Positions 23,700 through 34,487 of a stretch of DNA of 36,847 bases are shown one piece after another. Every line of letters begins with the position of its first letter. Position 1 is the stretch's first letter. The translations under genes were made by a program, and so were the position numbers. Location: the NCBI GenBank assembly GCA_002256025.1, contig NKIB01015270.1, forward strand, positions 1-36,847. Reading direction: 5' to 3'. The stretch is from Asterionella formosa. Taxonomy: Eukaryota. The notes beneath the pieces are model-generated. The model was not told the origin of the DNA. It was given only the letters and a program-made list of their open reading frames with translations, and did not search any database.

Positions 23700-23989
23700 G
23701 CTATAAATGATGGTCTCTGGGTGTTACGGTATGTGTTCCGGTAATAATACCTTAGTATGGACAACCTGCAAGAACGCGGCTGCAGTGGTAGTCGCAATGC
23801 ATGTCGGCGACACATATATTATGGAGTGTGCCTGGAGCAATAATATGAATGGTAGTACTGGTAAGGCATACCTACTCTGTTGAAATTTGTGGCGCTTCAT
23901 CCTAGCGCGCTCCAGTACTGCCCTGAATGACCGGTCAAGATCGTTCTCGCGCCGCTCGTTTGCAAATTATTCTGCTATCATACAAGATA

Positions 23990-24900
23990 CCCTGGTACCA
24001 GGTACTGTCTGCCGAAATTTCCATTTAGACATTCCTCAGACTACATCTAGTCTTCGGACACCTGTCGACATCAGCAGCCTAACAGACAAATTCTGACAAT
24101 ACCACTCCTCCTCTGGTCGAAACCAAGGAAGCCAAACCTACATACCCGTATACCGTACTGGTACCTGGTACCTGGTTCCGGTACCATGTACCTATTATTC
24201 ACAAGCACATTACCGGTACGGTAGCCTACCCTTTTTTTACCACCAGGGTACCGCCTGGTAAAATACCGGGTTACCATCCTTACTTAAAACAAGGGGAAAG
24301 TCTTATGTAGTACCAGTATACCGGATCGTATACCGGTATTCTACGACCCCATGCTCTGCAGATGCATATCGTATTTTATCAGTCTCTGTTTATAATACCA
24401 GGTATACCGGTAGTACATTTGGTACAAGGTACCGGTACCAGTGCCGGTGTCAGGCAGTATCTTCATGCCGACAGGGAAGGTCCGGTAAAACACGTTGTTA
24501 ACTTATTTTTTAAGAAAAGATTTAGCAAAATATCGCGATTACAGGACCTTCCACAGAGGTGTCCGGAGTTTACGAAATATGTACCTTGTTACCGGTAGTA
24601 CCGGACATTCCAGGGCAGTAGGTCTACTGGCACGCGTTACATGGGAAGAAGCGCCATTCACTAATTTCGACATACCGGTATACACCGGTAGCTCATAACG
24701 GTGCGTACATAAGTAGGAATGTGATAGCTTGGTGTGCCTTAGTCATCAACAACTGTACGAGGTTTTACCTGGCACCGGTACCAGTGCCTGGTCCCTTGCA
24801 TAGGTAAACCAGGTAGTACCTGGTACCAGGTACCAGGTATCCAACCATTCCTGCTCTCAATCACTAAAACATGAAACAACAACATCAGTACGGTACATTT
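23990..24900. repeat. Densest cluster of TA-flanked micro-motifs (TACCGGTA/TACCAGGTA/TACCTGGTA) in the divergent promoter region
   Basis: Many overlapping motifs, e.g. 'gtagtacctggtaccaggtaccaggta'. Similar clusters lie at ~3715-4075, ~7820-8050, ~11240-11550, ~16170-16420, ~27700-27905 and ~36410-36680. Confidence 0.85.
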
Positions 24901-25098
24901 ACATAGTGGGTAAAGCAAGACGAAAGTCTGCCATCACCATTCAGCAAGAATCACCCCGTCAGCATGTCAGCATCATCAGACAAGAACGTAAGGGAAGAAG
25001 CGCAGAGCCAAGAAAAGACTCATGGCGATAACGGTCTCAATGGTGGGGTCAATAGCCAAGTGCCCGTTCCGCCTACTGAGAAATCCACCGCACGAAAG
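24625..25098 (+). repeat. Duplicated promoter + 5' coding segment, copy A (paralogous to ~27750-28178)
   Basis: 'gtgggtaaagcaagac(g/c)aaagtctgccatca...catcagacaagaacgtaa...ccaagtgcccgttccgcctactgag' is present in both copies. Confidence 0.9.
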
Positions 25099-26559
25099 AA
25101 AAGAAAACGCGCCAATGCCCCTTCCAAACTACAACCAGGCGACCAAGGCTATTTGACACCAACACAACTTCGGAATGCTCGTAAACGGCGTGCCAACAAA
25201 AAGACTACGACCATCACTACTAATAGTGACCCATCTGGAAAGTACTTAGGTAATCCGTTGGCAACTCCCATTTGTCAAACTGCCAAGGAATACTTCCGGG
25301 CCATCAACTCTAGTGGTACTTTTGACATTCATATCGGGCCGACCACAGAATGGAGAACTGTAGCCAAACTTGCCGTTCGAGGCAATCCACTTTCCATTGG
25401 GCTCTTTGCGCCAAAATCACATGAACTTGTTGCCGTTCCGGACTGCACTGCACATCATCAGGGCATCAATTCAACTGTCGCTCATCTTGAACAATGTTGT
25501 CATCGAGCAGGGGTCACTGCTTTTGATGAGACAACAGGCAAAGGAAATATTCGATTCGCTGCTATGAATGTGGAACGTGCGACTGGGAAAGTTCAACTCA
25601 CGATTGTTTGGAACAGTGAGCCGTATAACGTTGACAATGATTTCAGCAACAATGCTGATGCGCATGATGATGGGAAGAATCAATTAGAACGACTTGTACA
25701 AATGCTATGTCCAAAAACATCCACCTCCACTGCTACACCAAAACAACGACGAAGGGGGACCAAGAAGAAGCCATTATTGGAACAAACAGATGTGATTCAT
25801 GGTCAAGAAAACAAGGTGGAACTGCATTCACTTTGGATTCATTTCAACTCATCGTGGAAGCATTCCAACGCTATCTTCGCGATTGATGCTGGACCCAACA
25901 GTTGGAAACAAATATTTGGACCGCCTGCCATTGTAGAGCACCTGACCTTGGTGGGGCAACCCAGACCTGTTCCACTGCATTTTCCCCCAAATGTATTTCG
26001 ACAAGCAAATCTTGACGCATTTACCAAAATTGTTGCCAAAATTAGAACAAAAATATCAGAGTTCACTAATAACAACACCAACAAGATGACGCAAGAAACA
26101 TTCACATGTGTTGAACTTTATGGTGGAGTCGGTACCATTGGATTGAATGTGGCAGATCTGGTGACCACCTTGACTTCTTCAGACGAGAATCCATTCAATA
26201 AGGATTGTTTTGAGAAATCAGCAACTGAGGCAGGATTAATGTCCAGAGTTGGCTATGAATCCAAGAATGCAACAGATATGGTACTTGGAAAAAGAAATGG
26301 AGCTTTTCAACAGGCGAACATCATTCTGGTAGATCCACCTCGAAAGGGATTAGAGGAACCAGTATTGAACTCACTATGTTCATCGTCAATAAATGCGAAA
26401 TTGCTGGTATATGTAAGTTGTGGATTTGAAGCATTCAAGAGAGATTGTGGAGCCCTATTGGACTCTGGCAAATGGAGTTTAGACCAAGCAGAAGGTCATT
26501 TGCTCTTTCCAGGAAGTGATGCTATTGAAACCTTGGCCTTTTTTGTTGCTAAAAAATAG
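24964..26559 (+). CDS. TrmA/RlmD-family RNA (uracil-5)-methyltransferase, 531 aa
   Basis: Motifs 'FRQAN', SAM-binding 'ELYGGVGTIGL', 'VDPPRKG', catalytic Cys 'YVSC' and catalytic Glu 'FPGSDAIETLA'. Confidence 0.92.
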   Translation: MSASSDKNVREEAQSQEKTHGDNGLNGGVNSQVPVPPTEKSTARKKRKRANAPSKLQPGDQGYLTPTQLRNARKRRANKKTTTITTNSDPSGKYLGNPLATPICQTAKEYFRAINSSGTFDIHIGPTTEWRTVAKLAVRGNPLSIGLFAPKSHELVAVPDCTAHHQGINSTVAHLEQCCHRAGVTAFDETTGKGNIRFAAMNVERATGKVQLTIVWNSEPYNVDNDFSNNADAHDDGKNQLERLVQMLCPKTSTSTATPKQRRRGTKKKPLLEQTDVIHGQENKVELHSLWIHFNSSWKHSNAIFAIDAGPNSWKQIFGPPAIVEHLTLVGQPRPVPLHFPPNVFRQANLDAFTKIVAKIRTKISEFTNNNTNKMTQETFTCVELYGGVGTIGLNVADLVTTLTSSDENPFNKDCFEKSATEAGLMSRVGYESKNATDMVLGKRNGAFQQANIILVDPPRKGLEEPVLNSLCSSSINAKLLVYVSCGFEAFKRDCGALLDSGKWSLDQAEGHLLFPGSDAIETLAFFVAKK

Positions 26560-27749
26560 CTAAATTTGAATTGCAAGAGATGTCGCTCATGGTTTGTTCA
26601 TATACTTGTGGGTAAAAAATGTTATTGTAAATAGATCATGTCAACAAGAAGTGCTTTGTTTTACACAGCAATTGTCAACAATGTACATTTGCCACATTTG
26701 CAATGGTTGCACATCCAACCAAGTCAAATGGTGAATTGTTCACATAAATTTTGGTTGAAATTTTCTTCTCCCTTCTCATGGAGCAATATTTAATACTGCA
26801 CACGTGCTTTCCAGGAATGATGATGGCATTGTCATGAATGTGGAGAATTGACTCTATTAGATACCAACATTATTACAACTCATATTGCCTGAAGCTACAA
26901 ACATGTATAATAAAAATGGTGTCATGATGTGCTTGTATGCTGTCGATTTTTACAGGAGGTGTCTGAGAGCATTCAGATTGACGGAGATCAATAAAATCAA
27001 TATACTGGAGGACAGTTTCATGGATATTGTGGTCAAGCTTTTTGCAAGAGCAAACAGAGGGAAAATGATCGACAATGGGACTGATGCTTCAATGCCAATG
27101 CCATCAATCTACTTACTCCCAAGAGGTGCTTGATTGGGAAAAGGCAGCAATGAAGTTCAAGCGCCAGTGGGTCGCAAGGATGCCTATCAAAAGAGGAAAT
27201 TGGATTGTCTCTAGTTTTACGACATTTTCACAAAGACCTCTTGCTCAGGCACATTATGGATGCTGTTCTAAACCGCCTGCGGCTTTTGATAATCCCCTAT
27301 GGAACCAGTCATCACTGTAGCTAGAGAGTTTGCTGCTTTCGATCCTGCAATGTTCACCTTTGACACGAGCATGTTCAAAGATCTCACCAACTTCCACAAA
27401 CACCACCATCATAATGTACTGCTTGAAGCAAATACCTCATTGCATCTGGTATGGCAACATATTACACAGATGCAGCTTTCAACACCACCTACCTTGAATT
27501 GGTGAAACTTCTGGTAATGTCCTCCTTGCATTTATGGCCTTTGGATAGTGCGATGGCAGACTACATGACCATAGCCGAACCCATGATCAGGACCAATGAA
27601 ACCAGAGTCTCCGAGGCAAGAGGGATCAATCAGACTAATCTGGCAACCAGGTAGCATGCTCGTTAGTACATGTTTTTTTGCTAGATGACGAGGTCCACAT
27701 TCCTACCGGTACTACCGGTACCGTTATGCCGGTGTACATAGAAGCTACA

Positions 27750-28178
27750 GTACTGGAGCGCGCTAGAAAGAAGCGCCATGCACGCAATCATATGTTACCG
27801 GTGCGTACATGTTGGAGAGTGATGGCTTGTGCCTTCTTCATCAAGTGTACGAGGAACCAGGGTACCCTAGTACCATGCAAACCTGGTACTGGTACCAGGT
27901 ACCCCTGTGACATCCCTGCTCTCTATCTCTCACATGAAGCCAGATCAGTTCGTTTACATGGTGGGTAAAGCAAGACCAAAGTCTGCCATCATCATTCAGC
28001 AAAAATCACCCTGTCAGCAGCATGTCGGCAGCATCAGACAAGAACGTAACGGAAGAAGCGCAGAGCCAGCTAGTAAAGATTGAAGAAAAGACTCATGGCG
28101 ACGACGATCTCGTTGGTAATGTCGATGGCCAAGTGCCCGTTCCGCCTACTGAGGAATCCACCGCCATTCCACGAAAGC
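27750..28178 (+). repeat. Duplicated promoter + 5' coding segment, copy B (paralogous to ~24625-25098)
   Basis: Same blocks as copy A. Encodes [16 protein letters not shown]...[12 protein letters not shown] versus MSASSDKNVREEAQSQ...[12 protein letters not shown] in copy A. Confidence 0.9.
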
Positions 28179-30259
28179 GCTCAATTCAGAACGACCCAGT
28201 CGTTGTTAATCCCGTCATTACCCCAACCACGATGGCGCTGACGCCAGGAACAGTGTATGGTTTGCCGGAGGGAGTGTTCATTCCAGCGACGATCCATGCT
28301 GATTTACTGCAAGGAAACTTGCTCACGTCCCTTAAAGATCTTCCCACACAACTCATCAAGGACGCATTGGCAGAGTACGATGATGCCATGACTCAAAAAT
28401 CTGGAGAAATTCGCAAGCATGGAGCATATTTATTTGGTGTCATTAAACGATACAAAGCAGTCGCAGAACGTGGGACTGATGGCCTTTGCATGGGACCGGA
28501 ATTGACGCCGTTGATTAACAGTAAATTGAACAAAATGCTCGAGGACGGATTTTGCACACAAGATGAAATGAATGACAAAGTGAAAAATAAAATTAAAATG
28601 TAAGACACTTCCGGCATGAGACCACCATGATGGTCAGATCGGTTCTGGATGCCTATTGGTAATGTCGTTTAACATTTTGTTTGGCATGTTACACAGGTTG
28701 AGCGAAAAAGATGCAATTTTTGCCATTGACGAGATTTCGGGTGTGAGCCGACCTCAAATTCGGGACTTTGGGTCTTATTTCATGGGGTATGTCTGTTGTG
28801 CTGACATATGCAGGGGAAATTGCTCGGAAGATGTGACTTTTGCTCACGTAACTGTTGATACATTTTTATAATTCAGGATTTTAAATCGTTATATGCGCGG
28901 TGATTGTGGACCAAGAGACAGCACGAGACAGAATTTTGGTCGTGAACGAGGCAGCAGTAATGGAAAATTTGTGAGTAATGCTTTGGGATATTTGTGTGAT
29001 TGGCTGCCAGATGTTGTTGCGATTTCGCCACTAATGACGTGATGAACGAAACTCAGGATCACAGAGGAGGTGAACGCAGCCATGGAAATCGCAGCAAGGG
29101 TCGTTCTTCAGACAAAAAAAATCATGATCACCACGATAGCCGAGGTCGTTCTCGTTATGGCAACAGTGATTCGTTTCATCGTGAAGACAGGGAGCGATCC
29201 AGAGACCGCCATGATGGCCAACGGGGTCCTCTTGGAAATCCACAGAATTTCCAGCATCAGTATGATCCTCGTCGTGCTTCTCAAATCGTTGGAGGAGTTC
29301 CGCCACCTCCTCCGTCACATCCTCCTTATGGGCAGCAGCAGCAGCAGCAGATGCAATTCAATCCTTATCAGCCACAGCCGCAGCAACAGCAACCACCTTC
29401 TTTTGGAATGCCGAATGGTGTCGTTCTTCCTTATCAGCAACAGCAACCACTTCATCAGTCTCCTCACCTCGCATTCGTACCTGACCAGCAGCAGCATCAA
29501 CCCCTTTACATGAATCAACCACATATGGCTCATCAACAACCATTGCCCCAGTTCATGATGGGACAGCAGGGGCCAACGATGACTACTTCTCAAATCATAC
29601 CACACAATAGCTGGCAACCGTCGTCTCAGCAACAGTCATCGGCACCTCCCGATATCATCGGTATTGCTGACAAGGCAGCACAAGCTTTGGCTGCTGCAAT
29701 GGGTCACCTCTCGTCTCAACCCCAACAATCTCCACTATTGTATGGCACGCCACAGCAGGGAATGCAGCAGCAGCAGCAGCAACAACATTATGGAGGGCCT
29801 ATATATCAACAAAACATGCAGCAACAGCAACCTAATTTGGAAATCAATGCCATGCAAGGAATGATGCAACCACAGCAACCACTTCAAATAAGGTCCAAGT
29901 CGTATAGCACCAACCAGCAACAAGTTATCCCACCCACAAAACGTCGTCACATAGTTGCTCAAATCCACGAATTATCCCTCAGCGTGCAACAAGCAGTTCA
30001 CAACTTGCATGCGACAGGCGCAATCGATGGGGCGCTGGATGAGGGCATTTTGGGCATGATTAAGGATCTTCCAGAACCTCTTGCCCTTCAGTCCTTGCAA
30101 AAGTTTTCTGCCATGGATCATTCCAGCATGAGAAGCAAAACGGTGAGTAAGATTTCCTTGGTTACCCTCATATTTCATTTCTTTCCCTCATAATTTTTTG
30201 CTCAGGCCTATCTCGCTGGTTTGCTACGGACCGAACTTTCAAAGATTCATAGACGCTGA
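28022..30259 (+). CDS. Protein with three hnRNP Q/SYNCRIP acidic-domain-like repeats, an R/D/S-rich segment and a Q/P-rich low-complexity region, 633 aa
   Basis: Exons 28022-28599, 28697-28786, 28877-28970, 29057-30142 and 30206-30259 (all GT-AG, 1902 nt, frame intact). The repeated motif reads '[15 protein letters not shown]', '[15 protein letters not shown]' and '[15 protein letters not shown]'. Confidence 0.8.
29332..29830 (+). repeat. CAG/CAA polyglutamine microsatellites within coding exon
   Basis: (CAG)n runs at ~29333-29350 and ~29765-29785, within a Q-rich exon. Confidence 0.85.
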
Positions 30260-30879
30260 GTGCCCATTGTGCCATGATGTATTTTCTTGTTTCCGTTTGT
30301 TTCTACTTGTGTTTTCTCATGGTACTTGCTGACAATCTTGGCCACGAGAAGGCCTTCCTCTCTTCTCTAACATTGAAACCTGTGATAAGCATGCGCTTTC
30401 TCGCCCTCTCGCTGTCTTTTGTGCATGCTTATGGATGGCTCAATCCAAGTGCTCTGAGCGAGTATTCTTGGAATGCATCATTCGGGCTGAATGTATCATC
30501 ACCTCCTTCATTTGTAACATCAAAATCATGGGCCCTTCATGATGCAGGACCAAACCCGACTTCCAGTAGACTACCTGATACCCAGTACTGCTTTTTGGAC
30601 AATGTTATAGACCTTCCTTCCACAATTTGATATTACCTGTACTACATACCATGTGGTTAATGTAGCATGTAAGTATTTTCCATAAAAGATGATTGAGTCT
30701 CTAAAAAATAACAGCTACTCTATCAGGTACTATTTTATTGTAATGGCAACTATGCTACATACATGTACCATTGATCACTCTGCACCTGTCAAAAACTTCA
30801 CCAACTTTGATGACAATTTTACTCCTATCCTTGTTTGACGGTCCCTGCTCAAACCTAAAATTAGACTGCTGAAAAAGCC

Positions 30880-32520
30880 ACTGTGCCCCTATATACTGCC
30901 CCTAAATAAAAATTACTTAAATGCCCATAGTTCTCAATGAAAAGCAAAATGAGGTTGGGGATTGCTTAATACAATACACATCTGAGGTGGTCTCATGCCT
31001 GCAAGTATACATGAGCTTGAGGCAGGGTGACCCAAGAAGGTTAACCATGATACAATGGCATCCCTGGCATTGCAAGGAGAAGGTCACCCTACAAGTGCCA
31101 TCAAGCAGAAATGTACATATTTATGTGAGAGGGCATGTAATTTCGAGAAGGTTATTGTTGAGACAATTAACAAACTAACTAGTATCGTCGTGCCGTTCAC
31201 TTAGTACCTACTGCCCACTCATTGAGCGGAAATGTCATTTCAGTTTGCATCATTCTTACTTATCATATAAAATATACTCTAAACTATTGTTGTGCCATTC
31301 ACTTACCAGCTGCCAACTCATTGAGTGTAAATGTCATTTTTAGTTTGCTATCATCATTGCCCATCATATAAAATATATTCTGAAAATTTCCCAATGGGAT
31401 CAGTATTACCCATAATTATAATATATTTTGTGTGTTTCATTTGTTAGCCTGATTTTATCCTCACAATTATAAATCTCACTTGTTCATGTCTGCCATTGCT
31501 CAATCTTGGCTTCCATCAGGGACCTTTTGACTTTTAATTGGTCCTATCATTTTCTGCTTGTTATGATAGGTATGGCGGATCAGTGAGTATAGCACTGAAG
31601 TAAAGAATGTGGTATGCATAGCTATGCTATTTGTCCAATTTGCAATTTGATTGCTTATATTTGTTGCTGTTTTGATTACTTCCATCATTTTTTTCGTTCC
31701 ATAGTAGTACTGTTGCTTTGGTTTGTTTGTATGCATCTATTTATATAAGGGTCGATTTAGACTATTTATTAGCTAGTGCCTACTCTTTGAATATTTATTG
31801 TTGCTGAACATATTTGCTGATTTGTAGAGTTGTTGACAATGATGTCAATATCACCACCCAAGCAATGCTATTCTTACACTAACTTTGGTTTGCTATCTTT
31901 TCACTCAGAGTTTGTAACACAAATACATTTCAACATTTATCAATAATTGCTGATTCAATCGAGTGAGTCGATAGATGAGAAGCCTGGCAGTCATTTGTAG
32001 AATGAAATGATCAGGGTTGTTTGATTTGAACTCCTGTGAACTGCAGGACTTCTGCTAGCTAGTATGTGAAATATTCTGCCATCAGGCTACAGCTCACCTA
32101 CTCAATAGTGCAATATTAATCTCAATTGGTTAGAGGTTATTTCTTTGTTTTCTATGTTATTTCATCCTCCAATTGTGTGATGGAAAGTCAATGCTGGTGC
32201 CTGTCTAAGTTCTACAATGTCCTCAGATGCTGGTATTATTTGCCTCATTTCTAGCCCAAAACAGTTTTTCTTTCTCATGTAATGCTTCTCATTATATTGC
32301 ATATCATTCTCTGGTTGCTCCAAAAATCATTTTCAATTTTTATTGAGATTTAATGTTACAATCAGTCTCATGTTGTTGATGCTTGTTTTTCTGTCATCAT
32401 TGCGGACTCATTTATACACAATAGTATTTTGCTTTCTGCCATAATTCCGGTAATCATATGAACGTTGGTTATTCTTGGCTGTCGATGTGCCCATATTGCC
32501 CTTTTATAAATTTACTTACA
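30880..32520. repeat. Interspersed repeat, copy 2; CpG-depleted, with an internal ~100-bp tandem duplication (~31185-31385)
   Basis: Colinear with ~16805-18845. The motif 'gtgccc..atat(t/a)..gccc.t..ataaa..ttactta' occurs at both ends (~30883-30921 and ~32487-32520). Confidence 0.8.
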
Positions 32521-32721
32521 GCCTAAAAATTGCTGAGGAGTATACCGGTACTGGGGTATAGGTTGTACTCCTAAAATGCAACTCTCATCTCATCAGCACA
32601 TAACTATAGTATAATTAATACCCATCACTCCAACGACTTTCAGAACCCAAGATTATGCAATGCATACATCATTAAGCTCTTTCTTACAGATACAACAACG
32701 ACATCAAAACGACAAGGAATA

Positions 32722-33389
32722 ATGACTGCTATCCACTCCTTTCTCGTGAGCCTCTTATTACTCTTTGTGGGGGTGTCATGCTCGGCCGAGACTTTGACGA
32801 CCGGTGAAAATGTGGGGGAATTCGTGACGAGGAACATCAACAACAACGAGGTACGTTGCGAGAACAGGTGTGTGTGTGTGTTGTGTTCGAAAGTCATGTC
32901 GAGAGCGCCTCGCGCTGACCGGAAACAACCATTGGTCTTGTGCCCTTTTCGTCAGGTCATGGTCTTTGCGAAGAGCTATTGTCCTCATTGCCAGGCAACT
33001 AGAGCACTGCTAAAGACAATGCATTCGAGCATTGACGTTGAAATCTCCATTTTGGACCTGGACAAGATGGAACACGAAGACGGGGCCCTGGTGCAAATGG
33101 AACTCCTGCAACGTACTGGTCAACGCACTGTTCCGAACGGTAAGTGCCAAAACTCTTGACGGCTGTGTAAGGCGCTGTGTATGGTATCCCCTCTCCCATT
33201 CGATCTCTTATATCTTTTGGACATTCACGTATACTAGTGTTTATTGGAGGGCGCCATATGGGCGGAAACTCCGATTTGCAAATGCTAGCTGCCAATGGAC
33301 AACTTCAAAATCAATTGAACGATTTGTTGGCGCACAGATCCGATCACGAGAGGTCAGCACGTCAAAACGACCATCAAGCAATGTTGTAA
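32722..33389 (+). CDS. GRX: Dithiol class I glutaredoxin (CPHC) with an N-terminal signal peptide, 154 aa
   Basis: Exons 32722-32850, 32956-33139 and 33238-33389 (GT-AG introns). Motifs 'VMVFAKSYCPHC' and '[22 protein letters not shown]', with a hydrophobic N-terminus ending VSCSA. Confidence 0.92.
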
Positions 33390-33515
33390 TTCAGGACACT
33401 GCCTTGCAAATCCTATATCAGGGGCGTTGGATTAAATAGAGTAGCCACCTACACTTCGTCCTTCTAATATCCAAAACTTGTTAAACTAAGAGTTGTTCCA
33501 TGGCTCCCGTATACG

Positions 33516-34487
33516 TTAAGACAGTGTTAATTTATTTGTCTCAATGTCCTGTATGTCGTCACTTGGATGCCAAGTGACTGGAAAATCGTCATCGGAAAGT
33601 TCCACAAGCACTACATCTGTTACCCCTTCAACATGCCGTCTCCATAATTTTGATTTTGTGGCTTCTGCTGTGAAAGTGACCTCTCCCGGACAAAAATGCA
33701 ACCCAAGTCCCCGACGTGGTCTTGTTTTGCTGGTATTGGGTCCTGATCCATGCCATGTTCGGCCATGATGAATCGAAATCCCTCCTGCCCTGAGTCCTGC
33801 CATGGAAACAAAGTCTAAATCCACAATTCCTTCCCGCTCTGCTGCTGACTTGAGCAAGGCCTTGCCATTGGTGCCGAAGAATTGGTTGGAGGTTCCTACT
33901 CGGCCATCTCCCCACTTGTGAGAGCCCTTCACATACTCTAGTGGTCCCAGTTCTTCGTCCATATCGTCCAATGCCAGCCATACTGTCACAATGTCTGGTG
34001 GATTAAACATAAAGTATGGTGAATCTCTGTGAAAGACAAGGGCCGATGCTCCAGGTGGTTTTGCCCAAACTTGATCTTGGGCTAATCTCACCCCATGCTT
34101 CCATCCTGCCAGTGTGGCAACTAGTTTCCCCAAGGCTGGATCTGTGGCAATGGTGCGAAAGAGTGAATCACATTTATGTACATTAATCACCTGAAGTACC
34201 TTCACATGATGTAGATTGCCAGTGAAGCCAAGTGGTCCCTTGTACATGATGGTATCCTTGATTATTTTGGGTATCTTGTCTGGTGGCTTTGCTCGATCGT
34301 ACTGACCCCGAAGAACATGTTCCAGACGTTCTCGTAAGGAATCCACAACATTGATAGCATAGTACTGCGGGATACTAATAAATCCGTCCTTGTCAAATTG
34401 TAATTGCTTTTGTTCATCTACCATCATGGCGTGACCACGATTTGTGAGCGCGTCAACTGTTGGTGTACTATATGTGGCAGTTTCCAT
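33516..34487 (-). CDS. Phytanoyl-CoA dioxygenase (PhyH)-family Fe(II)/2-oxoglutarate dioxygenase, 323 aa
   Basis: 'QFDKDGFI', 'KPPG...FHRDSPY' (HxD), 'VTVWLALDD...GPLEYVKGSH' and 'WHGSGPNTS..PRR'. Confidence 0.92.
   Translation of the reverse strand: METATYSTPTVDALTNRGHAMMVDEQKQLQFDKDGFISIPQYYAINVVDSLRERLEHVLRGQYDRAKPPDKIPKIIKDTIMYKGPLGFTGNLHHVKVLQVINVHKCDSLFRTIATDPALGKLVATLAGWKHGVRLAQDQVWAKPPGASALVFHRDSPYFMFNPPDIVTVWLALDDMDEELGPLEYVKGSHKWGDGRVGTSNQFFGTNGKALLKSAAEREGIVDLDFVSMAGLRAGGISIHHGRTWHGSGPNTSKTRPRRGLGLHFCPGEVTFTAEATKSKLWRRHVEGVTDVVLVELSDDDFPVTWHPSDDIQDIETNKLTLS

Noticed and set aside
23990..24900. CRISPR-like or telomeric interpretation of the GGTACC-rich repeats
   Set aside because: There is no constant-length repeat with unique spacers, no cas genes and no perfect strand-biased tandem unit. 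The context is eukaryotic and intergenic.
26975..27660. Chain of short plus-strand ORFs resembling a frameshifted pseudogene
   Set aside because: No recognisable homology. It needs a database search.
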